From: Oceanospirillaceae bacterium
GTDB lineage: Bacteria > Pseudomonadota > Gammaproteobacteria > Pseudomonadales > Balneatricaceae
Direction of reading: 5' to 3'
DNA: 64,000 nucleotides
Assembly: GCA_003523085.1 (NCBI GenBank)
Contig: DPHD01000024.1
Location: 2,046 to 66,045 of the forward strand
Below are positions 56,646 to 64,000 of the stretch, piece after piece; position 1 is the first letter of the stretch, and each line of letters opens with the position of its first letter. The position numbers and the translations under genes were made by a program. Below the pieces are notes generated by a model. That model was given only the letters and a program-made list of their open reading frames with translations, made no database searches and was not told the origin of the DNA.

Positions 56646-57657
56646 AAACCCGTCTTCTGTAGCTTCGCCCGTCGTCTCATTAGTGATACCCGTATACAAC
56701 GAAATCGACGTCTTGCCCCTGCTCTTTGATCGGCTTAGAAGCGTCATGGACGGTTTGCAATTGTCCTATGAAATGGTCTTGGTTGATGATGGGAGTAAGG
56801 ATGCCAGTGCCGCTTACCTAGTAGAACAAGCGCAAGCTGATAATCGTGTGAAGGCGATTATACTGTCGCGTAACTTCGGCAAAGAAGCCGCCCTTTCGGC
56901 GGGCCTGCAACACACCTGCGGTGAAGCCATCGTAGTGCTTGATGCAGACCTGCAAAACCCGCCAGAATTGATTCCACAAATGCTGGAAAAATGGCGTGAT
57001 GGCGCCGATATAGTTGCCATGAAACGGCGCAATCGAGAAGGTGAATCTTGGGCTAAAAAATCGGGTTCTTACGCTTACTACCGTATTATGAACCGTATTA
57101 CCGGGTCCATGAATATACCAGAAGACACCGGTGACTTTCGCCTCATGAGCCGACGCTCGCTAGATTCCCTAAATCGTTTGCCCGAGCGCAATCGGTATAT
57201 GAAAGGGTTGTTTGCATGGGTCGGTTACCCTACTGAAGTGATGGAATATGATGTTGCCGACCGAGCCGCAGGTGAAACCAAGTGGAATTACTTCAACCTG
57301 TTTAGCTTGGCCTTCGAAGGCATAACCTCGTTTTCTGTCGCCCCCCTACGCGCCATGGTGTTATTGGGGTTGATCACTGCCACTTTAGGGGGTTTATTTG
57401 GTGCTTGGATCGTATTTAAAACCTTGATGTTTGGTAACGATCTTGATGGTTATCCTTCCATTATTGCTATGATTACCTTTTTGGGCGGCGTGCAGTTGCT
57501 GTCTATCGGCGTGTTGGGTGAATATGTAGGTAAAACCTACTTTGAGGCTAAGCAACGGCCTTTGTTCATTATCCAAGACGTCATTCAAAACCCTCCACCC
57601 AGTGCGGCCACCTCTGTACCAGCTGCCGCAGAAGGAAATTCAGTTAATGTTATCTAG
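56626..57657 (+). CDS. GT2 undecaprenyl-phosphate glycosyltransferase (GtrB/ArnC-like)
   Basis: SLVIPVYNE, VDDGSKD, LSRNFGKEAA, DADLQ.PP, TGDFRLM and GEYVG motifs; two C-terminal TMs. Confidence 0.9.
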   Translation: MLNPIPENPSSVASPVVSLVIPVYNEIDVLPLLFDRLRSVMDGLQLSYEMVLVDDGSKDASAAYLVEQAQADNRVKAIILSRNFGKEAALSAGLQHTCGEAIVVLDADLQNPPELIPQMLEKWRDGADIVAMKRRNREGESWAKKSGSYAYYRIMNRITGSMNIPEDTGDFRLMSRRSLDSLNRLPERNRYMKGLFAWVGYPTEVMEYDVADRAAGETKWNYFNLFSLAFEGITSFSVAPLRAMVLLGLITATLGGLFGAWIVFKTLMFGNDLDGYPSIIAMITFLGGVQLLSIGVLGEYVGKTYFEAKQRPLFIIQDVIQNPPPSAATSVPAAAEGNSVNVI

Positions 57658-59098
57658 GATTAATCTTATTTGGTTGTTAGGCGCCCTGTTATTGGTGCGC
57701 ATATTGGCCATGGTGTTGGTGCCTTTTGCCGATACTACAGAACCTCGCTATGCCGAAATAGCACGCTTAATGATGACCAGTAACGATTGGATTACGCCAT
57801 GGTTTGAACCTGGTGTGCCTTTTTGGGGCAAGCCGCCACTGTCTTTTTGGGCCCAAGCATTAGCCTTCAAACTATTGGGTGTTAACGAGTTTGCGGGGCG
57901 ATTACCGGCGTTGTTAGCGTTTATTGCTAGCGCTTGGATGGTGTGGCGTTTGGCTATTTCTATTGTCAGTCAAGACGTAGCCGCTGCCGCTTTGGTGGTT
58001 TATGCAGGTATGTTGCTGACCTTTGTGGCTGCCGGCACAGTGATGACTGACCCCTACTTGGCCCTAGGCACCACGTGGGCCATGGTGGCCTTCTACTTGG
58101 CGCCCAAAGAACATGTTTGGTACTGGCGCTATGGCGTTTTTATCGGCCTAGCCATTGGCTTGTTAGCCAAAGGACCCTTGGCGATTGTAATTGCTGGCGC
58201 CCCCATCGGTGTATGGGTACTGGTACAGGGTAAGCTCATGTATTACCTCAAGACCATGCCGTGGATTCGTGGCACCTTGTTAATGCTGGTCATTGCCTTG
58301 CCTTGGTACGTATTGGCAGAGCTCAAAACCCCGGGCTTTTTAAACTACTTTATTGTGGGCGAGCACTTTATGCGCTTTGTCGACCCAGGTTGGATGGGTG
58401 ATTTATACGGCCATGCCCATAAAGAACCTAAAGGTATGATTTGGCTACATTGGTTAGGTGGCACTGCGCCCTGGGGGCCATTAGCCTTATTGCTGGTACT
58501 TGGGCATTTGCTCAAATCGTCGTGGCGTAAAACCCTCTGGCAAGCAGGTATTAAACCGCCGGCTTTGTACTTGCTGTTTTGGGCCTTAGTTACCCCAGTA
58601 TTTTTTACCCCTGCGGGTAATGTTATTTGGACTTATGTACTGCCCTCGATGCCAGCCTTTGCCTTGCTGATGGGCTGGGCACTAGTGAGCCTAAACAACG
58701 GCAGTCGCTGGCGCCAGCTGGGGTTAAACCTGCTCATGTGGACGGTGCCGGTATTGGCTTTAGTATTGACCTTGTTAGTGGCCAACAACAATGACCTAAT
58801 GAAAACCGAAAAGAGCTTGGCCCAGTATGTGGCTAAGCAACCTCAAGTCAGCGAGGCTTCTAACTTCACGCGCTGGTACTATTTGAGTGCTGAGTTGGAG
58901 TTTTCGGCGCGCTTCTATAGCCATGACCTAGCCAAGCCGATACAGCTAGACCAGCTAGAACGGTTGGCCAAACAGCAGCAAGGCGTATTTATTGCTGTGC
59001 CCCTAAGCCGTTGGGAAACAACATCGGCGCACTTTGGTGCGCGCTTAGAGCCGCGCATTCAGAATATGCGGTTTAAGCTGGCCTACTTACAACCCTAG
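57647..59098 (+). CDS. ArnT/PMT-like (GT-C fold) membrane glycosyltransferase
   Basis: D.TE.RYAEIAR.M....DW.TP, F..KPPL.FW, LAKGP, PWY and Y.LP..P motifs. Start ATG 57647. Confidence 0.87.
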   Translation: MLSRINLIWLLGALLLVRILAMVLVPFADTTEPRYAEIARLMMTSNDWITPWFEPGVPFWGKPPLSFWAQALAFKLLGVNEFAGRLPALLAFIASAWMVWRLAISIVSQDVAAAALVVYAGMLLTFVAAGTVMTDPYLALGTTWAMVAFYLAPKEHVWYWRYGVFIGLAIGLLAKGPLAIVIAGAPIGVWVLVQGKLMYYLKTMPWIRGTLLMLVIALPWYVLAELKTPGFLNYFIVGEHFMRFVDPGWMGDLYGHAHKEPKGMIWLHWLGGTAPWGPLALLLVLGHLLKSSWRKTLWQAGIKPPALYLLFWALVTPVFFTPAGNVIWTYVLPSMPAFALLMGWALVSLNNGSRWRQLGLNLLMWTVPVLALVLTLLVANNNDLMKTEKSLAQYVAKQPQVSEASNFTRWYYLSAELEFSARFYSHDLAKPIQLDQLERLAKQQQGVFIAVPLSRWETTSAHFGARLEPRIQNMRFKLAYLQP

Positions 59099-59099
59099 C

Positions 59100-60611
59100 T
59101 TAGTGTGCGTCTAACCACTGGCTCAATACATCGATTTGGGTTTGGTTTAGTGCCAAACCCAATTTGGTACGTCGCCAAACAATATCTTGCGCCGTTTTAG
59201 CAAATTCATGTTGTTGTAACCATTGAACTTCTGCCTGGCTTAACGTGTGGCCGAAGTCTATGCCTAAGTCAGCACTGCAGTCGGCATTGCCCAGTATATT
59301 ACGGGCATTAGTGCCATAGGTGTTGATCAAACGTTGCGCCCAGTCTGGGGTTAAAAACGGGTAATCTTGTTGCAGTTGTTGTTTTAGCTGCGCTTTATCT
59401 TGCAGTAAAAAATCACCACCAGGTAATGGCGCTCGTTGCGTCCAGGGTGACCCCATGTGGGGAAATTGAGCCTCTAACTTAGCTAATGTGGCTTCGGCTA
59501 GTTTACGGTAGGTGGTAATTTTGCCACCAAAAATATTTACCAATGGCGCACCTAATTGTTGCTGTATAGATACCACGTAATCGCGTGTTGCTTCACTGGC
59601 TTTGCTGGCGCCGTCGTCAAATAACGGCCGCACCCCAGCGTAAGTCCAAACTATATCGGCCTGCGTTACGGGACTATCAAAATACTCATTGGCTAGGGCT
59701 AGCAGATAGTCGATTTCGGTTTGACTACACATCACCTCATCCGCAGTTTGCGGGTGATCTTGATCGGTAGTACCGATTAAGGTGTAATTTTGTTCGTAGG
59801 GTATAGCAAAGGCGATACGTTGGTCTGCCGACTGGAAAAAATAGGCACGGTCATGCTCGAAAAGTTTATTGACTACAATGTGGCTACCACGCACTAGCCG
59901 AATTTTGTGTTCAGATTGAGTGTTGATTTGCTGGTTAATAACTTGGTTGATCCAAGGTCCAGAGGCATTGACTAGGGCCTTGGCATATACCGTTTGTTGG
60001 CTTAGGGTGAGGGCGTCTTGTAGTTCTATTTGCCATAGGTGTTGCCCCTCATCGTCCGTGATGCACACGGCAGCTGTCACCTTGCAGCGGGTCATAATAG
60101 AGGCCCCGCGCTGCGCAGCGTCTTGCGCATTAAGCGCGACTAGACGGGCGTCTTGCACCCAGCAGTCGGAGTATTCAAAAGCTTTTTGCAAATGAGTTTT
60201 TAACACGCTACCGGCGTGGTGTTGACGTAAGTCCAAGGTTTTGGTGGCCGGCAATAACTTGCGACCGCCTAAATGATCATAAATAAACAACCCAAGACGT
60301 ACCAACCAGGCCGGCCGAATGCCTTTGACATGGGGCAACACAAAACGCATGGGCCAACTAATATGGGGCATGTTTTGTAATAGTACTTCTCGTTCTTTGA
60401 GTGCTTGGCGCACTAAACCAAACTCATAAAATTCCAAATAGCGCAGGCCGCCGTGAAACAGCTTAGTGGACGCCGACGAAGTGCCGCTAGCGAGGTCGTG
60501 TTTTTCTGCTAAGGCGACGCTGAGGCCTCGGCCGGCGGCGTCACGGGCAATGCCGCAACCGTTAACGCCGCCACCGATGATGAATAAGTCATATGTTGGG
60601 CTGGGATGCAT
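59100..60611 (-). CDS. glpD: aerobic glycerol-3-phosphate dehydrogenase
   Basis: IGGGVNGCGIARDAAGRGL, TSSASTKL.HGGLRYLE, D.RL, GVRPL, GGK.TTYR and WRRTKLG motifs. Confidence 0.93.
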   Translation of the reverse strand: MHPSPTYDLFIIGGGVNGCGIARDAAGRGLSVALAEKHDLASGTSSASTKLFHGGLRYLEFYEFGLVRQALKEREVLLQNMPHISWPMRFVLPHVKGIRPAWLVRLGLFIYDHLGGRKLLPATKTLDLRQHHAGSVLKTHLQKAFEYSDCWVQDARLVALNAQDAAQRGASIMTRCKVTAAVCITDDEGQHLWQIELQDALTLSQQTVYAKALVNASGPWINQVINQQINTQSEHKIRLVRGSHIVVNKLFEHDRAYFFQSADQRIAFAIPYEQNYTLIGTTDQDHPQTADEVMCSQTEIDYLLALANEYFDSPVTQADIVWTYAGVRPLFDDGASKASEATRDYVVSIQQQLGAPLVNIFGGKITTYRKLAEATLAKLEAQFPHMGSPWTQRAPLPGGDFLLQDKAQLKQQLQQDYPFLTPDWAQRLINTYGTNARNILGNADCSADLGIDFGHTLSQAEVQWLQQHEFAKTAQDIVWRRTKLGLALNQTQIDVLSQWLDAH

Positions 60612-60619
60612 AGGGTTTT

Positions 60620-61708
60620 TTAATCTTTAGGTGTGAGGGTGCTGTTAACTTCAAAAGTGGGCCAAAAGGAGGCCGGTGCAAGGGAGTTTGAAATGTCGAA
60701 ATTACCAACGTTGTGTTGGTCTATCATAACAATGCTAGGGCTCAAATGGGCATGAGTCAGCTTGCCTTCCAATATACGCACCGCCTGATCAATGGCTATT
60801 TTACCCTGTAACACAGGGGCATCTGTAGGGGCCGCTAGAATATGTCCCCGTTTGATACCGCGAAACACGTTGTGGGTGAAGTAAGTTGAAACAATTTCAA
60901 TGTCACCCCGTAAGTTGCGACTTAATAATTCACTTACTGCGGCATCAGCAGTGAGCGCAGTGCCTACGATGTAATCAATGTCCGTGCTTTGTTCCAGTAC
61001 TTCTTGTACCAAATTGCGTTGAATTTCTTTGCCTGTATCACCCCACTTCACCGCCACTATGTCGATGTTGGTGTTGGCAATAGCGGTTCTAAAGCCATCG
61101 TCTATAAAAGCCACCCAGCCAGATTCTCTGGGGCCAGGAAACCAAGCAATGCGCACCTTCTCGGTGGTATTTTGATGGCGTTGACTTAGGTATTGCCCGA
61201 CTTTGAGGCCCATGCTGTACCAAGAGACACCCGCCTTAGCGCTAATGCCGATGTCTTCAATGTCATTAACGGCGGCAATGACGGGTGTGGTTTGTGCAAT
61301 TTTACGGATACTCGGTGATAAACCGCTAAAGGATACAGTGCCTACAATAATAGCGTCACTCTGGCGTTGGGTACAATGTTTGAGTTGTAGGATTTGGGTG
61401 GCAAGCTCAGGGTAGCCACCTGCTTCTAGCACGGTCATGCCTATGCCCAGGCGCTTCACCTCGGCTACCATGCCGTAGTTTACGCTCAGCCAGTAGGGGT
61501 CTTTTAAGTGGGGGTAAGTGACGCATAGTTGCCATGCTTGGCTCGCGGCCTCGAGGGGCTGGTATTTTAAGGCGCGCTCCTGGCCGCTGTAGTCAAAGGC
61601 AGGTTGCCAGCTGACTAGCTCCCACGGTTGGCTAGCGGCGTAGCTGATGGTGGTCAGTAGACTCAAACAGGTGCACTGTAGAAGGGTGGTTAAATACGAA
61701 AGTTTCAT
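60620..61708 (-). CDS. torT: periplasmic TMAO-binding protein TorT
   Basis: LCV.YPHLKD.YWLSVNYGM..E, EAGGY, GVSW..MG, WFPGP and QRNL.Q motifs; divergent from a TorS-like kinase. Confidence 0.9.
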   Translation of the reverse strand: MKLSYLTTLLQCTCLSLLTTISYAASQPWELVSWQPAFDYSGQERALKYQPLEAASQAWQLCVTYPHLKDPYWLSVNYGMVAEVKRLGIGMTVLEAGGYPELATQILQLKHCTQRQSDAIIVGTVSFSGLSPSIRKIAQTTPVIAAVNDIEDIGISAKAGVSWYSMGLKVGQYLSQRHQNTTEKVRIAWFPGPRESGWVAFIDDGFRTAIANTNIDIVAVKWGDTGKEIQRNLVQEVLEQSTDIDYIVGTALTADAAVSELLSRNLRGDIEIVSTYFTHNVFRGIKRGHILAAPTDAPVLQGKIAIDQAVRILEGKLTHAHLSPSIVMIDQHNVGNFDISNSLAPASFWPTFEVNSTLTPKD

Positions 61709-61804
61709 AATGTTAACGGCGTCTTCTCGAGTTAAAAATTGAGGGCTTATCGGGGTGCTTTTTATGGTACTTTAGCCCTATGTTAGTTTACCTTTTGAGG
61801 CCCT

Positions 61805-64000
61805 ATGGCTGTCAACCTAGGAATCGGTAGTAAATTACTACTAGCGATGATTTTAACCATTAGTTTGTTAGTTATTGCCGCGGCCACCGGCTGGCTCGGT
61901 TATGAGCGTGTGGCGAGTAAACAGAACTCGGTGATCGATGATGCCATACCTGCCATTATTGCCGCCCACCGGCTGACGGAAATTAATGCCAGTCTAGCCA
62001 CTGCAGCCCCGGCCTTGCTTGGCGTATCTAGCGAGCCAGAGCGGATAAAAATCACCAACACCATAGGTTTTCAATTACAGCAACTCAACGACTTGGCGAG
62101 CTGGTATGGCGGTGCGGCGAACTACCCCTTTGAGAGTCTGGTGTTGAAAACCACGAGCGAGAGAATCAATACTAACCTAGTGCAGCAAATGTCTTTGGTA
62201 AAGCGTCGGTTAGCCTATATGCAAAACGCCGCCGCGCAACATAGAAAAGCCCAGCACGCCATGGGCATGATTCATAATATCAGCACGTCTTTGGTGGCTA
62301 ACGCGAATACCATGACTTCTGCTGTGGCCTCTAGCCTCTATGATTTGGCCGACGCTAATGCGGGTGAGGGTGCGCTTTATGACGCCTTTGACCGTTTAAT
62401 TGAAGTCGACTTAGATCACATGGATCGCATGTATGAGCTACGACAACGCGCGGCCAGCCTTACGGTGCTGCTAGACCAATTGCCCGAAGAGGCTAGCCTC
62501 AAGGGCGTCTACCAACTTGAAGTTAAAGTAGGGGACAATATGGTGATCTTGGAGCGTCGCATTAAGGAAGTGAATGACCCCGGTAGGCGTCAGCAAGCCC
62601 TTGATTGGTTGGCCATAGTCGAGGCCACAGTGAGCTCCAGCACTAGCGATAATTTATTTGGCCTACAGCGCCGTAGCATTCATGTGCATAAGCAATTGGT
62701 GTTGCTTAACGAGGTGAGTACCCAGCTTAATCGCGCGTTTAAAGAACAGGCCGATACGGCCAGTAGCGCAGCCGGTGCAACCGTGCAAACCGCTACGGAA
62801 GAGGCTCGGACAGCGGTAGCCAGTGGACGTGACCTATTATTATTGGCGTGTCTGGTATTGGCGACGGTGGCCATTGGTGTGTTTTGGTTTTATGTAAAAC
62901 GAAATCTATTTCAGCGTTTAACGCAGCTTAACTTTGCCTTTTTGGCGGTGGCGCAAGGCAACCTAGATTACACCCTACGTATTCGTGGCGACGATGAGTT
63001 AGGCCGGCTAGCAAAGACCGTACAAGTGTTTAAAGAGAACGCCCGCGCTCGGCAACAGCTAGAGCAGCAGCAAGAAGGCGTGGAAAGACGCTTGCGCAAT
63101 TACCAATCTGAACTTGAGCAAGAAATTCAATTACGTACAAGCGAGTTGCAGGATGTGAATATAGAGCTGCAAGCCACGGCGGAAAAACACGCTTTGGCAC
63201 GTACCGAGGCAGAGCGAGCCAACATGGCTAAAACCGCATTCTTGGCCACCATGAGTCATGAGGTTCGCACCCCATTGAGCGGGGTGCTAGGTACCCTTAG
63301 GTTATTACAAAAAACCCACCTCAACGAGCAGCAAGCCAAGTACATTGATTTAAGCCAGGCGGCGGCAGAAGCCTTATTGGGCATCCTTAACGGCATCTTA
63401 GATTACGCCAAGGTAGAGGCCGGTGAAATGCAGGTGGAGCATCATGCTTTCCCTATTGAAGATGTAGTGAGCAACATGATTGCACTCATGTCCGGTGCCG
63501 CTACGGAAAAGGGATTGCAGTTGGATATTCATTTGGATCCACAGCTTAAGCAGGTGAGTTTGTTAGGTGACCAAGGCAAGATACAGCAAGTGTTGTTTAA
63601 CTTATTGGGCAATGCCATGAAGTTTACCAGCGTTGGTTATATCCAATTGCACATTAGCTTGGCGACTAGAGATGCAGGAGAGTGTTTGCGATTTGAAGTA
63701 GTTGATACGGGTTTAGGTATTCCTTCGCACATGCAAGAAACGTTATTTCAGCCTTTTACGCAGTACGATGCCTCCACATCTAGGCGTTATGGCGGTACCG
63801 GTTTAGGGTTGTCCATTTGTAAACGGTTAGTGGAAACCATGGATGGCGAAATAGGTATTAGCCATCGATTAGATGCTGACCCCAAACAGGGTGCAAAGGT
63901 GTGGTTTGAAGTACCCTATTGGCCAGACACCGTCTTACCACAAGTGCCTGAGGTTGTACCGTCAGCGCGTCTCGCTGTGCCGAAGTTGCAGGTATTGTTG
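61805..64000 (+). CDS. torS: hybrid sensor histidine kinase TorS (truncated by the window edge)
   Basis: Not in the ORF track. Manual reading gives MAVNLGIGSKLLLAM... with a TM, a long periplasmic helical domain, a second TM and HAMP, then FLATMSHEVRTPL (H box), NL.GNA.KFT, DTGLGI and YGGTGLGL. Confidence 0.85.
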   Translation, partial: MAVNLGIGSKLLLAMILTISLLVIAAATGWLGYERVASKQNSVIDDAIPAIIAAHRLTEINASLATAAPALLGVSSEPERIKITNTIGFQLQQLNDLASWYGGAANYPFESLVLKTTSERINTNLVQQMSLVKRRLAYMQNAAAQHRKAQHAMGMIHNISTSLVANANTMTSAVASSLYDLADANAGEGALYDAFDRLIEVDLDHMDRMYELRQRAASLTVLLDQLPEEASLKGVYQLEVKVGDNMVILERRIKEVNDPGRRQQALDWLAIVEATVSSSTSDNLFGLQRRSIHVHKQLVLLNEVSTQLNRAFKEQADTASSAAGATVQTATEEARTAVASGRDLLLLACLVLATVAIGVFWFYVKRNLFQRLTQLNFAFLAVAQGNLDYTLRIRGDDELGRLAKTVQVFKENARARQQLEQQQEGVERRLRNYQSELEQEIQLRTSELQDVNIELQATAEKHALARTEAERANMAKTAFLATMSHEVRTPLSGVLGTLRLLQKTHLNEQQAKYIDLSQAAAEALLGILNGILDYAKVEAGEMQVEHHAFPIEDVVSNMIALMSGAATEKGLQLDIHLDPQLKQVSLLGDQGKIQQVLFNLLGNAMKFTSVGYIQLHISLATRDAGECLRFEVVDTGLGIPSHMQETLFQPFTQYDASTSRRYGGTGLGLSICKRLVETMDGEIGISHRLDADPKQGAKVWFEVPYWPDTVLPQVPEVVPSARLAVPKLQVLL

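Noticed and set aside
865..62874. Many 60-170 aa ORFs antisense or out of frame to identified genes (e.g. 3834-4211, 12339-12860, 26071-26541, 50989-51432, 62680-62874)
   Set aside because: They lie within well-supported genes on the other strand or frame and show no motifs or SD sequences; they are shadow ORFs.
1..64000. Prophage, IS element, integron or CRISPR array explaining the three TA modules and the gtr cassette
   Set aside because: I saw no integrase, transposase, phage structural gene, attC-like site, tRNA or repeat-spacer array.

Overview
A 64 kb, gene-dense, roughly 50% GC chromosomal segment that looks like a marine gammaproteobacterium (E. coli-type LexA and FNR boxes, TorT/TorS, ImuA-ImuB-DnaE2); the taxonomy is inferred. 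In order: a partial Bcr/CflA MFS pump; HigBA; a 12-gene cobalamin operon behind a B12 riboswitch; ParDE; an FAD oxidoreductase, pip and dtd; an HTHP/PfpI/RHH islet; MAPEG-selO-uvrD; a TRAP transporter with unusually extended DctQ and DctM; an RpiR/HexR regulator; a second HigBA; a LexA-controlled imuA-imuB-dnaE2 cassette; carnitine catabolism genes; fnr with tandem FNR boxes; an AEC-hutG-PhyH-GFA-Zn ribbon-rluA run; deaD with a long structured leader; prx, arsJ and its GAPDH; a copper/cytochrome c region; a gtrA-gtrB-ArnT-like cassette; glpD; torT and a partial torS. The best candidate for an undescribed system is 49.8-56.1 kb. There a small secreted Met/His/Cys-rich ORF ends in KPP, and its last codons can base-pair over the ribosome-binding region of the next gene, as in CutF/CruR-type leader peptides. 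It precedes three c-type cytochromes, an atypical MerR and a CopA-type ATPase carrying FN instead of YN. I saw no rRNA, tRNA, CRISPR array, transposase or integrase. All calls come from motif recognition by eye; no searches were run.
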